A stretch of DNA of 64,000 bases. It comes from Candidatus Bathyarchaeia archaeon (GTDB lineage: Archaea; Thermoproteota; Bathyarchaeia; 40CM-2-53-6). The translations under genes and the position numbers were made by a program. Of the stretch, positions 25,849-35,331 are shown piece by piece. The notes beneath the pieces are model-generated. The model searched no databases and was not told where the DNA came from. It saw nothing but the letters and a program-made list of their open reading frames with translations. The stretch covers positions 96,001 through 160,000 of the forward strand of contig JBEKSC010000001.1 of NCBI GenBank assembly GCA_049517415.1. Direction: 5' to 3'. Every line of letters begins with the position of its first letter. Positions within the stretch are counted from its first letter, which is position 1.

Positions 25849-28272
25849 ATGGCTAAGCCACTGAAGAAGAAAACCCCCTTGGAAACGAACGCCGAGTCCT
25901 ACGTTATTCCATTCGACCGGATAGCAATTCACGACGTACCATTGGTCGGTGGCAAGAACGCTTCGTTGGGTGAATTAACTCGAATCGGGATTCCTGTCCC
26001 ACCAGGGTTTGCCTTGAGCCTACTCTTTTACAGGGAATTCCTTAGCAAGAGCGGATCAACGGACTATATTCGTAAGCAATTGGCAGGCTTGGACGTTAGC
26101 AACGTCGAAGAGCTTCAGAAAGTTGGCGGCAGCATAAGGTCGAGAATTCTGAGTTCATCGTTTCCTTCCAATTTGGAGAAAACCATCAGAGAAGGATATT
26201 TGGCGCTGAGCGGAGGAGCGGCGCTTCCGGTTGCGGTGCGAAGCAGCGCAACTACTGAAGACATGGCGGACGCTTCTTTTGCGGGTCAACAGGACACTTA
26301 CCTGAACGTAGTTGGCGAAGAGAAAGTCCTCAATTGCACGAAGAAATGCATTGCATCATTGTTCACGGACAGAGCGATCAGCTACAGGGCGAAAATGGGG
26401 TTCGATCACATCGATGTCGGCCTCAGCGTTGGAATACAAAAGATGGTCAACAGCGAAGCCGCGGGCGTCATGTTCACAATAGATCCTGACTCTGGAAACG
26501 AAAATTTCATTGTGATCGATTCAAGTTGGGGGTTAGGAGAATCAGTTGTTAGTGGAAAGATCATACCTGACAAGTTCTTCATTTACAAGGAAACGGGAGA
26601 GGTAGTTGGAAGAAGGTTAGGGCAGAAGGAAGTATTCGCAAAATACCATAGCACTGGAACGGCGTTCGTTAGCACTCCGCTGAAGCGGAGAGCCCAGTTT
26701 TCACTGACCAGGGAACAGGTCAAAGTTCTAGTTGAATATGCACGAAAAATCGAGAATCATTATGCGAAGAGAATGGACATTGAGTGGGCAGTAGAAGGTG
26801 GCAAGGTATACATCCTTCAAGCTAGGCCTGAGACCGTTCAATCATCAAAAGGAACCCTTGAGGAAACTTACCATCTAAAAGGCGAAGGCAAACTGCTCGT
26901 CGCCGGAATTGCTGTCGGGGGAAAAATAGGGCAAGGTAAACCCAACGTAATGGCTGATGTTAGCGAGATGAAGAGCTTCGAACCCGGTGAAATTCTAGTT
27001 ACAAGGGAGACAACACCAGCTTGGGAACCAATTATGGAGAAATCCGCGGCGATTGTCACGGAGCAAGGCGGAACCACTTCACACGCCGCAATCGTATCAA
27101 GGGAGCTTGGAAAACCCTGCGTAGTCGGGGCGAGAAGAGTTACACAGCTACTCCATAATCATAGCAACCCGATAACCGTGGATTGTAGCACGGGAGTTGG
27201 AAACATCTATGATGGATTGGTGCCTTTCGAAACTGAAACCTTCGACCTCAACACCATTCCGCAGACCCACACCAAGATTATGATGAACATGGCCGTACCG
27301 GAGGGCGCGTTGGCCCATGCAAAGAAGACGGATGGAGTGGGTTTGCTCAGGATTGAGTTCGTCTACGGAAATAGCGTCGGCATTCACCCCGCCGCTCTAC
27401 TCAATTTTGAAAACCTGAAACGAGACCCACAGAACTTCCTCCGTGCACCGCCAAAGACCAAGGACGTACAATACCTCAAAAGAACTATCGCAGAAATCGA
27501 AACTCGAACTCAAGGCTACGATGATAAGCCTCAATTCTTGGTGGAGAAGTTGAGGGAGGGAATTGCTATGGTTGCGGCCGCGATGCATCCGAAACCTGTC
27601 ATAGTCAGGTTTTCCGATTTCAAATCTAACGAATATGCGGCGCTGGTCGGTGGCGAGATTTTCGAGAAAGGTGAGAACAATCCGATGCTCGGTTGGAGAG
27701 GTGCTTCACGATATCCGCACACGGAATTTGCGGAAGCGTTTAGACTGGAATGCCGGGCGCTGAGAGAAGCCAGGAAACTAGGGCTGGATAATATTATCCC
27801 TATGATTCCATTCGTGCGGACGGTCGAAGAGGCGAAGGCTGTCCTCGAACTTATGAAAGCAGAGGGATTAGAGAGGGGAAAGGACGGGTTACAGGTTTAC
27901 ATGATGGCAGAGATTCCATCAAACGTCTTCCTGGCACAAGAATTCTCTAAGCTTTTCGACGGTTTCAGCATTGGCTCAAACGACCTAGCCTCGCTTGTCT
28001 TGGGCGTGGATAGGGATAATGCGAAACTTGCGAAGAGTACTTTTGACGAGAGGAATCCCGCCGTGAAGATGGCCATAGAACATCTAATAAAAATTGCTCA
28101 TAAGAACGGGCTCAAAATCGGAATCTGCGGCCAGGCTCCCAGCGACTATCCAGAGATTGTTGAATTCCTAGTCGAGAACGGAATAGATAGCATATCTTTG
28201 AACGCAGACGTCATTGGCAAAATGAAGCAAGTTGTCGCAAAGGTCGAGAAAAAGTACTCACAAGGACGCTAA
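25849..28272 (+). CDS. ppsA: Phosphoenolpyruvate synthase
   Basis: VGGKNASLGEL, AVRSSA, SFAGQQDT, GGTTSHAAIVSRE, NPMLGWRG, CGQAPSD. Confidence 0.96.
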   Translation: MAKPLKKKTPLETNAESYVIPFDRIAIHDVPLVGGKNASLGELTRIGIPVPPGFALSLLFYREFLSKSGSTDYIRKQLAGLDVSNVEELQKVGGSIRSRILSSSFPSNLEKTIREGYLALSGGAALPVAVRSSATTEDMADASFAGQQDTYLNVVGEEKVLNCTKKCIASLFTDRAISYRAKMGFDHIDVGLSVGIQKMVNSEAAGVMFTIDPDSGNENFIVIDSSWGLGESVVSGKIIPDKFFIYKETGEVVGRRLGQKEVFAKYHSTGTAFVSTPLKRRAQFSLTREQVKVLVEYARKIENHYAKRMDIEWAVEGGKVYILQARPETVQSSKGTLEETYHLKGEGKLLVAGIAVGGKIGQGKPNVMADVSEMKSFEPGEILVTRETTPAWEPIMEKSAAIVTEQGGTTSHAAIVSRELGKPCVVGARRVTQLLHNHSNPITVDCSTGVGNIYDGLVPFETETFDLNTIPQTHTKIMMNMAVPEGALAHAKKTDGVGLLRIEFVYGNSVGIHPAALLNFENLKRDPQNFLRAPPKTKDVQYLKRTIAEIETRTQGYDDKPQFLVEKLREGIAMVAAAMHPKPVIVRFSDFKSNEYAALVGGEIFEKGENNPMLGWRGASRYPHTEFAEAFRLECRALREARKLGLDNIIPMIPFVRTVEEAKAVLELMKAEGLERGKDGLQVYMMAEIPSNVFLAQEFSKLFDGFSIGSNDLASLVLGVDRDNAKLAKSTFDERNPAVKMAIEHLIKIAHKNGLKIGICGQAPSDYPEIVEFLVENGIDSISLNADVIGKMKQVVAKVEKKYSQGR

Positions 28273-28289
28273 GACAAGTTCAGAGAAAA

Positions 28290-28700
28290 CTACGCCATGC
28301 CCATCTTAGCCAGTTTTTGAAAGTCCGTCATGTTCTGGACTAAATCTGTCTGGCTGATTATTCCAATTATTTTATCGTGTTCAGTCACGACCAAACGCTT
28401 CACCTGTTTCTCAACCATTTTCCTAGCAGCATCGATAAGCGAGCCTGATGCATCAATGGTAGCTAACGGTGCGGTCATTATGTCAGCGACCGTAACCTTC
28501 GACGGATCAGTAACATGGGCGACGATCTTTTCAACTAAATCGCGCTCCGTAACAATGCCGAAGGGCAACCCGTCCCTATTGGCAATCAAGGAGCCTATCC
28601 GCTTCTCAACCATCAACCGTGCGGCGTCTTTCGCTTTCGCCTTCGAGTCTATGGAAACAATTGTTCGCATTATCTGGCGTATTGTGATTTCCGCGGGCAA
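28290..28700 (-). CDS. CBS domain pair protein
   Basis: GIVTERDL and GIISQTDL repeats. Confidence 0.92.
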   Translation of the reverse strand: MPAEITIRQIMRTIVSIDSKAKAKDAARLMVEKRIGSLIANRDGLPFGIVTERDLVEKIVAHVTDPSKVTVADIMTAPLATIDASGSLIDAARKMVEKQVKRLVVTEHDKIIGIISQTDLVQNMTDFQKLAKMGMA

Positions 28701-28753
28701 GTTTGCTTCACACCGGTAACTAGCTTAATCAAATTAAAGGCTTATCGGGGCAA

Positions 28754-29515
28754 TCATCGCGAATACGCTTGTGGCATCCTATCTCTTAGAAGATTGTTTC
28801 TCGACGTCACAGCCTTGTTGCGAGCCATTCCCAGGTCTATTTCCCGCACGGCACATTCTTCTTCGTTTTCCGAAGCTCGGTAAATTACTTGGCCCCGTGG
28901 ATTCACGATTTCTGATTGCCCTATGAAGCGGAGACCTCGCTCCGCGCCTACACGGTCAGCGGTCACAGTGAATACCCTGTTTTCTAGTGCCCTTGTCTTC
29001 ATAGCCTCGGGACAATTTGGCAAAACAAGGTTCGACGGATGAGCAATTACCTCGGCACCTTTCAGCATCAATGAGCGGGCAGACTCAGGAAAGTACCAGT
29101 CAAAACATACCATGACGCCAACGTTGCCGAAAACTTTGAACGCATGCCCCGGTTTGAAGAACTTCTTCTCATTACTGAAAAGGTGAACCTTTCTGTAGGT
29201 TCCCAAGTACTTGCCATCTCTCACCACAACTGCAGAATTGTACATGGTCGTTCCCCTGCGTTCCGCGATACCAGCGACAACCAGCGTTCCATCGCGCTTC
29301 GAGAAGTCCTTCAGTGCCTGCGTCGTTTCACCTTCTGGAATCTGTTCGGCCACACTCGCGGCTTGCCGTCGGTTCCCAAAATTGTAGCCTGTGTTGAAAA
29401 GTTCTGGTAGAACGAAGAGATCAGCCCGTTTCCGCTCCATAAGTCGAAAGGCCGCGTTAACATTGCCCTCCACGTCAAGAAGTCTAGAATTGACTTGCGC
29501 GAACCCAACTCTCAT
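28754..29515 (-). CDS. Nitrilase-family carbon-nitrogen hydrolase
   Basis: LPEL, YRKVHL, CFDWYFPE (E-K-C triad). Confidence 0.93.
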   Translation of the reverse strand: MRVGFAQVNSRLLDVEGNVNAAFRLMERKRADLFVLPELFNTGYNFGNRRQAASVAEQIPEGETTQALKDFSKRDGTLVVAGIAERRGTTMYNSAVVVRDGKYLGTYRKVHLFSNEKKFFKPGHAFKVFGNVGVMVCFDWYFPESARSLMLKGAEVIAHPSNLVLPNCPEAMKTRALENRVFTVTADRVGAERGLRFIGQSEIVNPRGQVIYRASENEEECAVREIDLGMARNKAVTSRNNLLRDRMPQAYSR

Positions 29516-29645
29516 CGCAACTGGACCTCACGAATACAGCCGTACGTCTGTGATAGATAATTGATTCGACTAAACAGATTACCCAACGAGTATCTCAAAG
29601 AAAGGAGGCGGCGACGCCTAAAGCCCCGAACAAGTTTGGGTTGAG

Positions 29646-29783
29646 TGGTGCCGAGGGCGGGATTTGAATCCGCGATTTGGCCTACGCTTGGTATAGCGTA
29701 GTCAACCCGGTCTTCAGCTTCACCACGATTTGTTCGGGTGCTCTCCCAGGCTGAGCTTTCGAGGGAATCCGTCCTACCTCGGC
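29646..29783 (-). tRNA. tRNA-Phe(GAA) with three non-canonical introns (8/9, 30/31, 46/47), CCA encoded
   Basis: Removing 29758-29775, 29719-29734 and 29676-29702 gives a 77-nt cloverleaf GCCGAGG-TA-GCTC...CCCGG-CTGAAGA-CCGGG...CCTCGGC-ACCA. T-stem has A53.C61. Confidence 0.9.
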
Positions 29784-30139
29784 GTTCCCCGGCACCGAGC
29801 AAGGCAGTTTTCCGCTCAACAACTTAAGCCTTCTTCTAGCTGCACCCACCTCATCCAGCGCTGGACTGATCTCGAGCATTCTATCCCAAAAACCTTGTAA
29901 CTCTAGTACACAAACCAGCCGCGGTCGGACAGCTCTAATCAACGTGCGCCCTCGGCATACGTTCGCGTCACAAGACCGTTCACAATTAGTTTCCGTAACA
30001 GGACAATGATTGATATCACACGGGTTCGCCAAGATTAAGCTTGAACGGTAAACCTCTGATGTGGCCTTGGACAAGGCGGAGAACTGAACGAAAGTAGTAC
30101 GAAGGTTTTTAGGCGGAGGTGGAAAGCAGTCGAGCCGTT

Positions 30140-30247
30140 GGGCCGGTAGATCAGCCTGGTATGAGCATCGATGATTGAACACGATGCGATCACATCGTCC
30201 GCTTGGCATGCGGGAGGTCGCGGGTTCAAATCCCGCCCGGTCCACCA
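30140..30247 (+). tRNA. tRNA-Ala(GGC) with one intron at 22/23, CCA encoded
   Basis: Removing 30164-30193 (30 nt) gives a 78-nt cloverleaf with G3:U70 and anticodon loop TT-GGC-AT. Confidence 0.93.
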
Positions 30248-30266
30248 AAAGCAACCCACGTGAGTC

Positions 30267-31082
30267 TTGAGAGATTTGTTCGATGATAATGGTAAAGCGA
30301 TGGAGCTGATGAAGGCTCTGGGCTTGTCCGCTGGCGAATCCAAGGTATACCTAAAATTACTTTCCCAACCTGAAGGCGAAATGTTAGACAAAGTGGTCAC
30401 GGCATTCGGAATCCCTGCAGCCATAGCTGAGGATTCGCTGAAATCGCTGGCTGACAAAGGCCTTGTAAGAATCTCAAGCAACAGGGTTGAGGTCATCCAG
30501 CCCCGCACGGTTCTCCAGAAAATACTTGAACAGAGAAAACGTTCGCTCGAAAGCCAGGTGAGCAAGGAAACCTCTGTAGCCTTGGAGTTGGAGAAGCTCC
30601 TTGAACCTACGTATTGGGAAAGTAGGCTCGGGATCAGGCCCGAAGAAATCATCGAACCCTTACGCGACCTTCCAGAAATGGAGTTACGAACGGCTCGAAT
30701 TCTCGGAAACGCACTGAAGGAAGTATCAATTTTCGCGGAGACTTTCGGATGGTACGGTAAAGTTCGTGAATCATTATTCCAAGCCCACGATCGGGGAGTT
30801 GGCATGAGGGTTTTGATGATGGTGAAGGATGACTCAACAAAGGAACGAGCCAAAGAACTCCGTGGTGTGGGAGTTCAAGTGCGCCACTGCGCCGAGGAAT
30901 GGTACCCTGTCAGGGGAACCCTGGTAGACGACCAGGAACTTGTTTTCGTGGTCTGGGCGACGAAGAAGAGCGCGATGCCTCGCCCCATTTACTATCGCCC
31001 AAACTATACGAGAAACCAAGGGTTGATCAGGATTTTCCGTGACGCATACTCGAAAAGATGGGAAGAAGGCCAGCCGATATAG
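30267..31082 (+). CDS. TrmB-family transcriptional regulator (paralogue 1)
   Basis: LGLSAGESKVYLKLL wHTH, coiled coil, PLD-like C-domain. Start may be ATG 30300. Confidence 0.85.
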   Translation: MRDLFDDNGKAMELMKALGLSAGESKVYLKLLSQPEGEMLDKVVTAFGIPAAIAEDSLKSLADKGLVRISSNRVEVIQPRTVLQKILEQRKRSLESQVSKETSVALELEKLLEPTYWESRLGIRPEEIIEPLRDLPEMELRTARILGNALKEVSIFAETFGWYGKVRESLFQAHDRGVGMRVLMMVKDDSTKERAKELRGVGVQVRHCAEEWYPVRGTLVDDQELVFVVWATKKSAMPRPIYYRPNYTRNQGLIRIFRDAYSKRWEEGQPI

Positions 31083-31579
31083 AAATCCTCGCCCGAATAA
31101 AGGCGCGGCACTCCAAATCTCGAGTAGGTTCGTTTAAGTCGATTTAACAATTTGATTTTGCTCAAAGATTCGGTAACCCTCACTAAGTGCGCTTCACACT
31201 TGCAATCGCTCGCGCCTAGCTGCTGAAGAATTGCCTGCGTATTCATGTTCTTCCTTATTGCTCGGTTGATTTTGCACTCGAAACGTTGGTTGGAGATCAA
31301 GTAAACGGCTCCGTTGAGCTTACAGCCTCGGCGTGCTGTAAGGTAGTCGATATGCCATCTCTTCTTTTTGAACGAACGATTGTGCCGCGTAAGCCTTCCC
31401 TCTAGCGATACGGCTCCGAGTCCTCGGGCTGAACCGGTGTACAGATAGTAGCCAACCTTTACCTTCACGCGCCCAAGCCTTCCGAACCTGACTTGCACAG
31501 GTCTTTCACAGACCAAAACGATAGTGTAGGTTCCTCTCACACGACCCGTCTCCGAAGCACAAATAGCGCCAAGGTTCAT
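31004..31579 (-). CDS. DUF123 / GIY-YIG (Uri) nuclease family protein
   Basis: GTY...GYYLYTGSA...RH...WHIDYL...GASDCKCEAHL. Confidence 0.88.
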   Translation of the reverse strand: MNLGAICASETGRVRGTYTIVLVCERPVQVRFGRLGRVKVKVGYYLYTGSARGLGAVSLEGRLTRHNRSFKKKRWHIDYLTARRGCKLNGAVYLISNQRFECKINRAIRKNMNTQAILQQLGASDCKCEAHLVRVTESLSKIKLLNRLKRTYSRFGVPRLYSGEDFYIGWPSSHLFEYASRKILINPWFLV

Positions 31580-31605
31580 CCTATGAACTGCTTGTGTGTA
31601 AGGGT

Positions 31606-32703
31606 ATGAAGGCGGTCATTCTTGCAGGTGGGTATGCGACTCGCCTTCGGCCTATCAGCTATGCCTTGCCTAAACTCCTTTTTCCAGTGCTTGGAAAACC
31701 GATGATTTACTGGACGCTCGACCTTTTGAAAGGTATCGGCGTCGGCGAAGTCGTATTAGCAGTAAATTATCTTGCCGATTCGTTGCGCATGGAGGTGGGC
31801 TCCGATTACAATGGAATCAACATCAAGTACTCTCTTGAGAAAGCGCCACTGGGAACCGGCGGTCCAATAAAGTTGGCATCAGAGGACACACGTTTTGACG
31901 AGACATTTATTGTAACGAACGGTGATGTAATCGCTGAAATCGACCTAGCAAAAATGTTGAACCATCACGAGCAAACTGGGGCGATGATTACAGACGCTCT
32001 TCACCAAGTGAAGGATCCTACCAGATTTGGAGTTGCTCAACTTGACGGCGAAGGCCGGATTCGGCGGTTTGTTGAAAAACCTAAGGCCAAGGAAGCTCGT
32101 AGCCGCCTAATTAACGCCGGAATTTACGTGGTTGAACCTGACGTTCTGCAAATGATTCCTGCAAACCGTAAGGTCTCGATGGAGAGGGAAATATTCCCCG
32201 TTCTTGTTAACGAAGGAAAGCTAAGCGGATTTCCGTTTTCAGGCGACTGGTTCGACATCGGAAGCCTTTCAGATTATCAAAGGGCGAACTTTTCACTACT
32301 TCAAAAACATGCCCAGCCGCTAACTTCGCGTAGCCGTGAAATTAAACTAGCCAGGGGCGCGGTGGTACGAGCGCCTGTCATTCTCGGCGAGGGTTCGCGA
32401 CTAGAGAGTTTGGCTTCGGTGGGACCACGCGTCGTTGCAGGGAAGCACGAGTTAATCGAAAGTGGGGCACGAGTATCAAACTCCATCTTATTCGATGACG
32501 TTTCAATAGGTGAGGGTTCAGTTGTTTCAGGTGCAATCCTGGCTTCTGGGGTGAAGGTAGGCAGAGGCGTAAGAATCGCTACCGGATCGATTATTTCGCC
32601 GCATGTTCAGATCCGCGACGGAGTTAAGATCGGGAGAAATGCCATAATTCACCCGTACAAAGAAATCGAAGCGAGCATAAGACCGGGAACGAACGCAATG
32701 TAA
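31606..32703 (+). CDS. Sugar-phosphate nucleotidyltransferase (NDP-sugar synthase with LbH domain)
   Basis: ILAGGYATRLRP, PK, LGTGG, FVEKP, hexapeptide C-terminus. Confidence 0.93.
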   Translation: MKAVILAGGYATRLRPISYALPKLLFPVLGKPMIYWTLDLLKGIGVGEVVLAVNYLADSLRMEVGSDYNGINIKYSLEKAPLGTGGPIKLASEDTRFDETFIVTNGDVIAEIDLAKMLNHHEQTGAMITDALHQVKDPTRFGVAQLDGEGRIRRFVEKPKAKEARSRLINAGIYVVEPDVLQMIPANRKVSMEREIFPVLVNEGKLSGFPFSGDWFDIGSLSDYQRANFSLLQKHAQPLTSRSREIKLARGAVVRAPVILGEGSRLESLASVGPRVVAGKHELIESGARVSNSILFDDVSIGEGSVVSGAILASGVKVGRGVRIATGSIISPHVQIRDGVKIGRNAIIHPYKEIEASIRPGTNAM

Positions 32704-32705
32704 CC

Positions 32706-34094
32706 TTGGCGATTAGGTTGGAAGAAAGGAAGCTTTTCGGAACAAATGGTGTGCGCGGCGTTGTAAACAAGGAACTAACACCTGAACTCGCCTTGAAATT
32801 GTCCATGGCAACTGGCACTTACTTCAAAGGGGCGGATTTGACCGTTGGGTGTGACGGGCGGGTTTCCAGCCCCGTCTTCTTGGATATCGTCTGCGCCGGG
32901 TTGGCCAGCGTTGGTTGCCAGGTCTGGAAATTGGGCATGATAACGACGCCCGGTTTACAGTTTCTGACGAAGGACTGGGGGCTCAAAGGTGGCATAATGG
33001 TTACTGCCAGCCATAACCCGCCTGAGTACAATGGGTTGAAAGTCATGGGAAATATGGGAGTTGAACTCCCACACGAGGACGAGTTGAAAATTGAACGGAC
33101 ATACTTCCATTCAAAGTGGAAGGTCACAGACTGGGATAGAATCAAGCAACCTCTCCCCGTAGCCGAGAAATTCTCAGCCTATATCAGGTCCATCATTGAC
33201 AATGTGGGCGAAATCCCACGACAAGCACACCTAAAGGTACTAATTGACGCAGCGAACGGAGTCAGTGTCCTTTCGATGCCCACTCTAATTGAAAGATTAG
33301 GTGGAACTGTCTCCATTGTAAATGGCAATATCGACGGAACATTTCCAGGAAGAATGTCAGAACCAACACCAGCAAATTTACGAAAAACTTCCGATATCCT
33401 CCCCTCCCTCCATGCTGACTTCGGCGTCGCATTCGACGGTGACGGAGACAGAGCCGTCTTCCTCGATGAACATGGCTCCGTCTGCTGGGGGGACCATACA
33501 TTTGCCCTAATCGTAAAAGATTTCCTGGAAAATCATCCCGGGCAGAAGATCGTAACACCGATCAGCTCCTCCATGATTATAGAGGAAATTGCTGAGAAAT
33601 ACGGCGGCGAAGTTGTATACACACCTGTTGGAAGCGTGTACGTTTCGAACCTCATGCTGAAAATACGGGCTAACCTGGGTGGAGAAGAGAATGGAGGAAT
33701 CTTCTACGCACCCCACGTAGCTGCCCGAGATGGGGGAATCACAACCGCTATGGTCTACCGAATCCTTGCCGAGAAAAAGCGACCCCTATCAAGACTAATC
33801 GGTGAGCTACCCAAGTCCTACATTGTCAAAGACAAAATGCCATGCCCAGATTCAATCAAGGCAAAGGTAACACAAGCAGTCCGTGACCTACCAAGAAAAG
33901 GCAAAGTCCTAGACATAGACGGAATCAAGGTGTGGATTCCACCCCGTTCTTGGATACTTATCCGCCCCAGCGGAACAGAACCCATCTTCCGAATTCTAGC
34001 AGAAGCGCCAACGAAAGGCTTTGCGATGAAAGTGGTGAACGATTACAAAAAGAAACTCGCCCGAATAATCAAGGAGTGCATAAAGAATGTTTGA
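32706..34094 (+). CDS. glmM: Phosphoglucosamine mutase / phosphohexomutase
   Basis: FGTNGVRG, TASHNP, DGDGDR, GGEENGG, RPSGTEP. Confidence 0.9.
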   Translation: MAIRLEERKLFGTNGVRGVVNKELTPELALKLSMATGTYFKGADLTVGCDGRVSSPVFLDIVCAGLASVGCQVWKLGMITTPGLQFLTKDWGLKGGIMVTASHNPPEYNGLKVMGNMGVELPHEDELKIERTYFHSKWKVTDWDRIKQPLPVAEKFSAYIRSIIDNVGEIPRQAHLKVLIDAANGVSVLSMPTLIERLGGTVSIVNGNIDGTFPGRMSEPTPANLRKTSDILPSLHADFGVAFDGDGDRAVFLDEHGSVCWGDHTFALIVKDFLENHPGQKIVTPISSSMIIEEIAEKYGGEVVYTPVGSVYVSNLMLKIRANLGGEENGGIFYAPHVAARDGGITTAMVYRILAEKKRPLSRLIGELPKSYIVKDKMPCPDSIKAKVTQAVRDLPRKGKVLDIDGIKVWIPPRSWILIRPSGTEPIFRILAEAPTKGFAMKVVNDYKKKLARIIKECIKNV

Positions 34095-35094
34095 TTTCTA
34101 TTCAGTGACGAACATCGCGCTCATTTTCATTATCACGTTCCTTGCGACATTCATAGCCACTCCCGCAGTGGCGAAACTGATGAAACGCCGCGGCATAACG
34201 GGCGAAGATGTCCACAAACTTTCGAAAGTCAAAATACCCGAAATGTGCGGCCTAGCTATCTTAGTTGGGCTTACAATTGGAATAACAGCCTATGTAGCCC
34301 TGCGCCCATCTGCCATTCGCGAAGCTGTTGCTTTTCTAGGGACAGTTCTGATCGCGGGAGGGATAGGCGTAGTTGACGATTTGCGGCCCCTAGGCGCCAG
34401 GGTGAAACCGCTTCTCACGGCCGTTGCATGTTTGCCCATTCTAATCCTACGGACATATGTGCCGGACCCAGTTATTCCATTCATTGGCCCTGTGCGGCTT
34501 ACGTTGGTCTATCCAATCCTAATACCAATAGCGATCGCAACCACATCTAATGGCATTAACATGATGGATATTATGAATGGATCAATGCCCGGCACTGTGG
34601 CCATAATCGCGGCTGCAGCAACTGCCGTCCTATTAATCTCAGGTGATTTGCAGACAGCTTCTCTCGCTGCGGGGTTGTTAGCGGCTATGCTCGCATTTTA
34701 CTACTTTAACCGATTCCCTTCACAAGTTTTCGATGGGGACACCGGAAGCCTTGCCGTAGGGGCTGCCCTCGGAGCCCTAGCGATCCTGGGCAGGGTCGAG
34801 ACAGTTATGGTTGTGGCGATGATACCCCACATCATGAATGCGTTCTACGGCCTCGCGTCAGTAGGAGGACTGCATGAAAGGCGCGAAATCCATCAGCGAC
34901 CAATCAGATTATTGGATAATGGATTACTCAAGGCCAGTACCGAAAAAGGTGCACCTGTCACGGTTGCTAGACTCATATTGGCTGAAGGGCCGCTCGGCGA
35001 GAAAGATATCGTCAAGGGAATGATGATTCTTACAGCAGTTTCTTCCTGCCTTGCACTCTTAACTTATTGGATAATGGTTGCTGTTAGGCTTTGA
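34087..35094 (+). CDS. UDP-GlcNAc:dolichyl-phosphate GlcNAc-1-P transferase (AglH/Alg7-like, MraY family)
   Basis: Multi-TM; DVHK..IPEMCG, GVVDD, NMMD.NG, FDGDTGS. Confidence 0.87.
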   Translation: MFDFYSVTNIALIFIITFLATFIATPAVAKLMKRRGITGEDVHKLSKVKIPEMCGLAILVGLTIGITAYVALRPSAIREAVAFLGTVLIAGGIGVVDDLRPLGARVKPLLTAVACLPILILRTYVPDPVIPFIGPVRLTLVYPILIPIAIATTSNGINMMDIMNGSMPGTVAIIAAAATAVLLISGDLQTASLAAGLLAAMLAFYYFNRFPSQVFDGDTGSLAVGAALGALAILGRVETVMVVAMIPHIMNAFYGLASVGGLHERREIHQRPIRLLDNGLLKASTEKGAPVTVARLILAEGPLGEKDIVKGMMILTAVSSCLALLTYWIMVAVRL

Positions 35095-35327
35095 AACGCA
35101 TTCTGCCACTAGCTGCGATTGAGGTATTTGTCTGGTTGATTCTTCTTCTGTGTACGCTGCTCGTATCGAAGTTTGCTTTTTCCATAAACCTAGGTAATGC
35201 GACAATACTGCAACGCATCGCTACCCAAGTGGCGCGAAATTCCTTAGCTGGTGTAATTGTTGTCATTTGGTTACTGGTTTGGAAGAAAGTCACTGACTCA
35301 TACTTGTGGCGTGCCCTAGGCCGATAA
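35091..35327 (+). CDS. Small two-TM membrane protein
   Basis: Two hydrophobic helices; overlaps the aglH-like stop. Confidence 0.65.
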   Translation: MKRILPLAAIEVFVWLILLLCTLLVSKFAFSINLGNATILQRIATQVARNSLAGVIVVIWLLVWKKVTDSYLWRALGR

Positions 35328-35331
35328 ACGG

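Noticed and set aside
30005..30060. Possible C/D box sRNA (ATGATTG...CTGA) between the tRNAs
   Set aside because: Box C is imperfect, C'/D' are unclear and I could not identify a target.
29512..30254. ORFs 29512-29802 and 29682-30254
   Set aside because: They overlap the tRNA-Phe and tRNA-Ala genes and are spurious.
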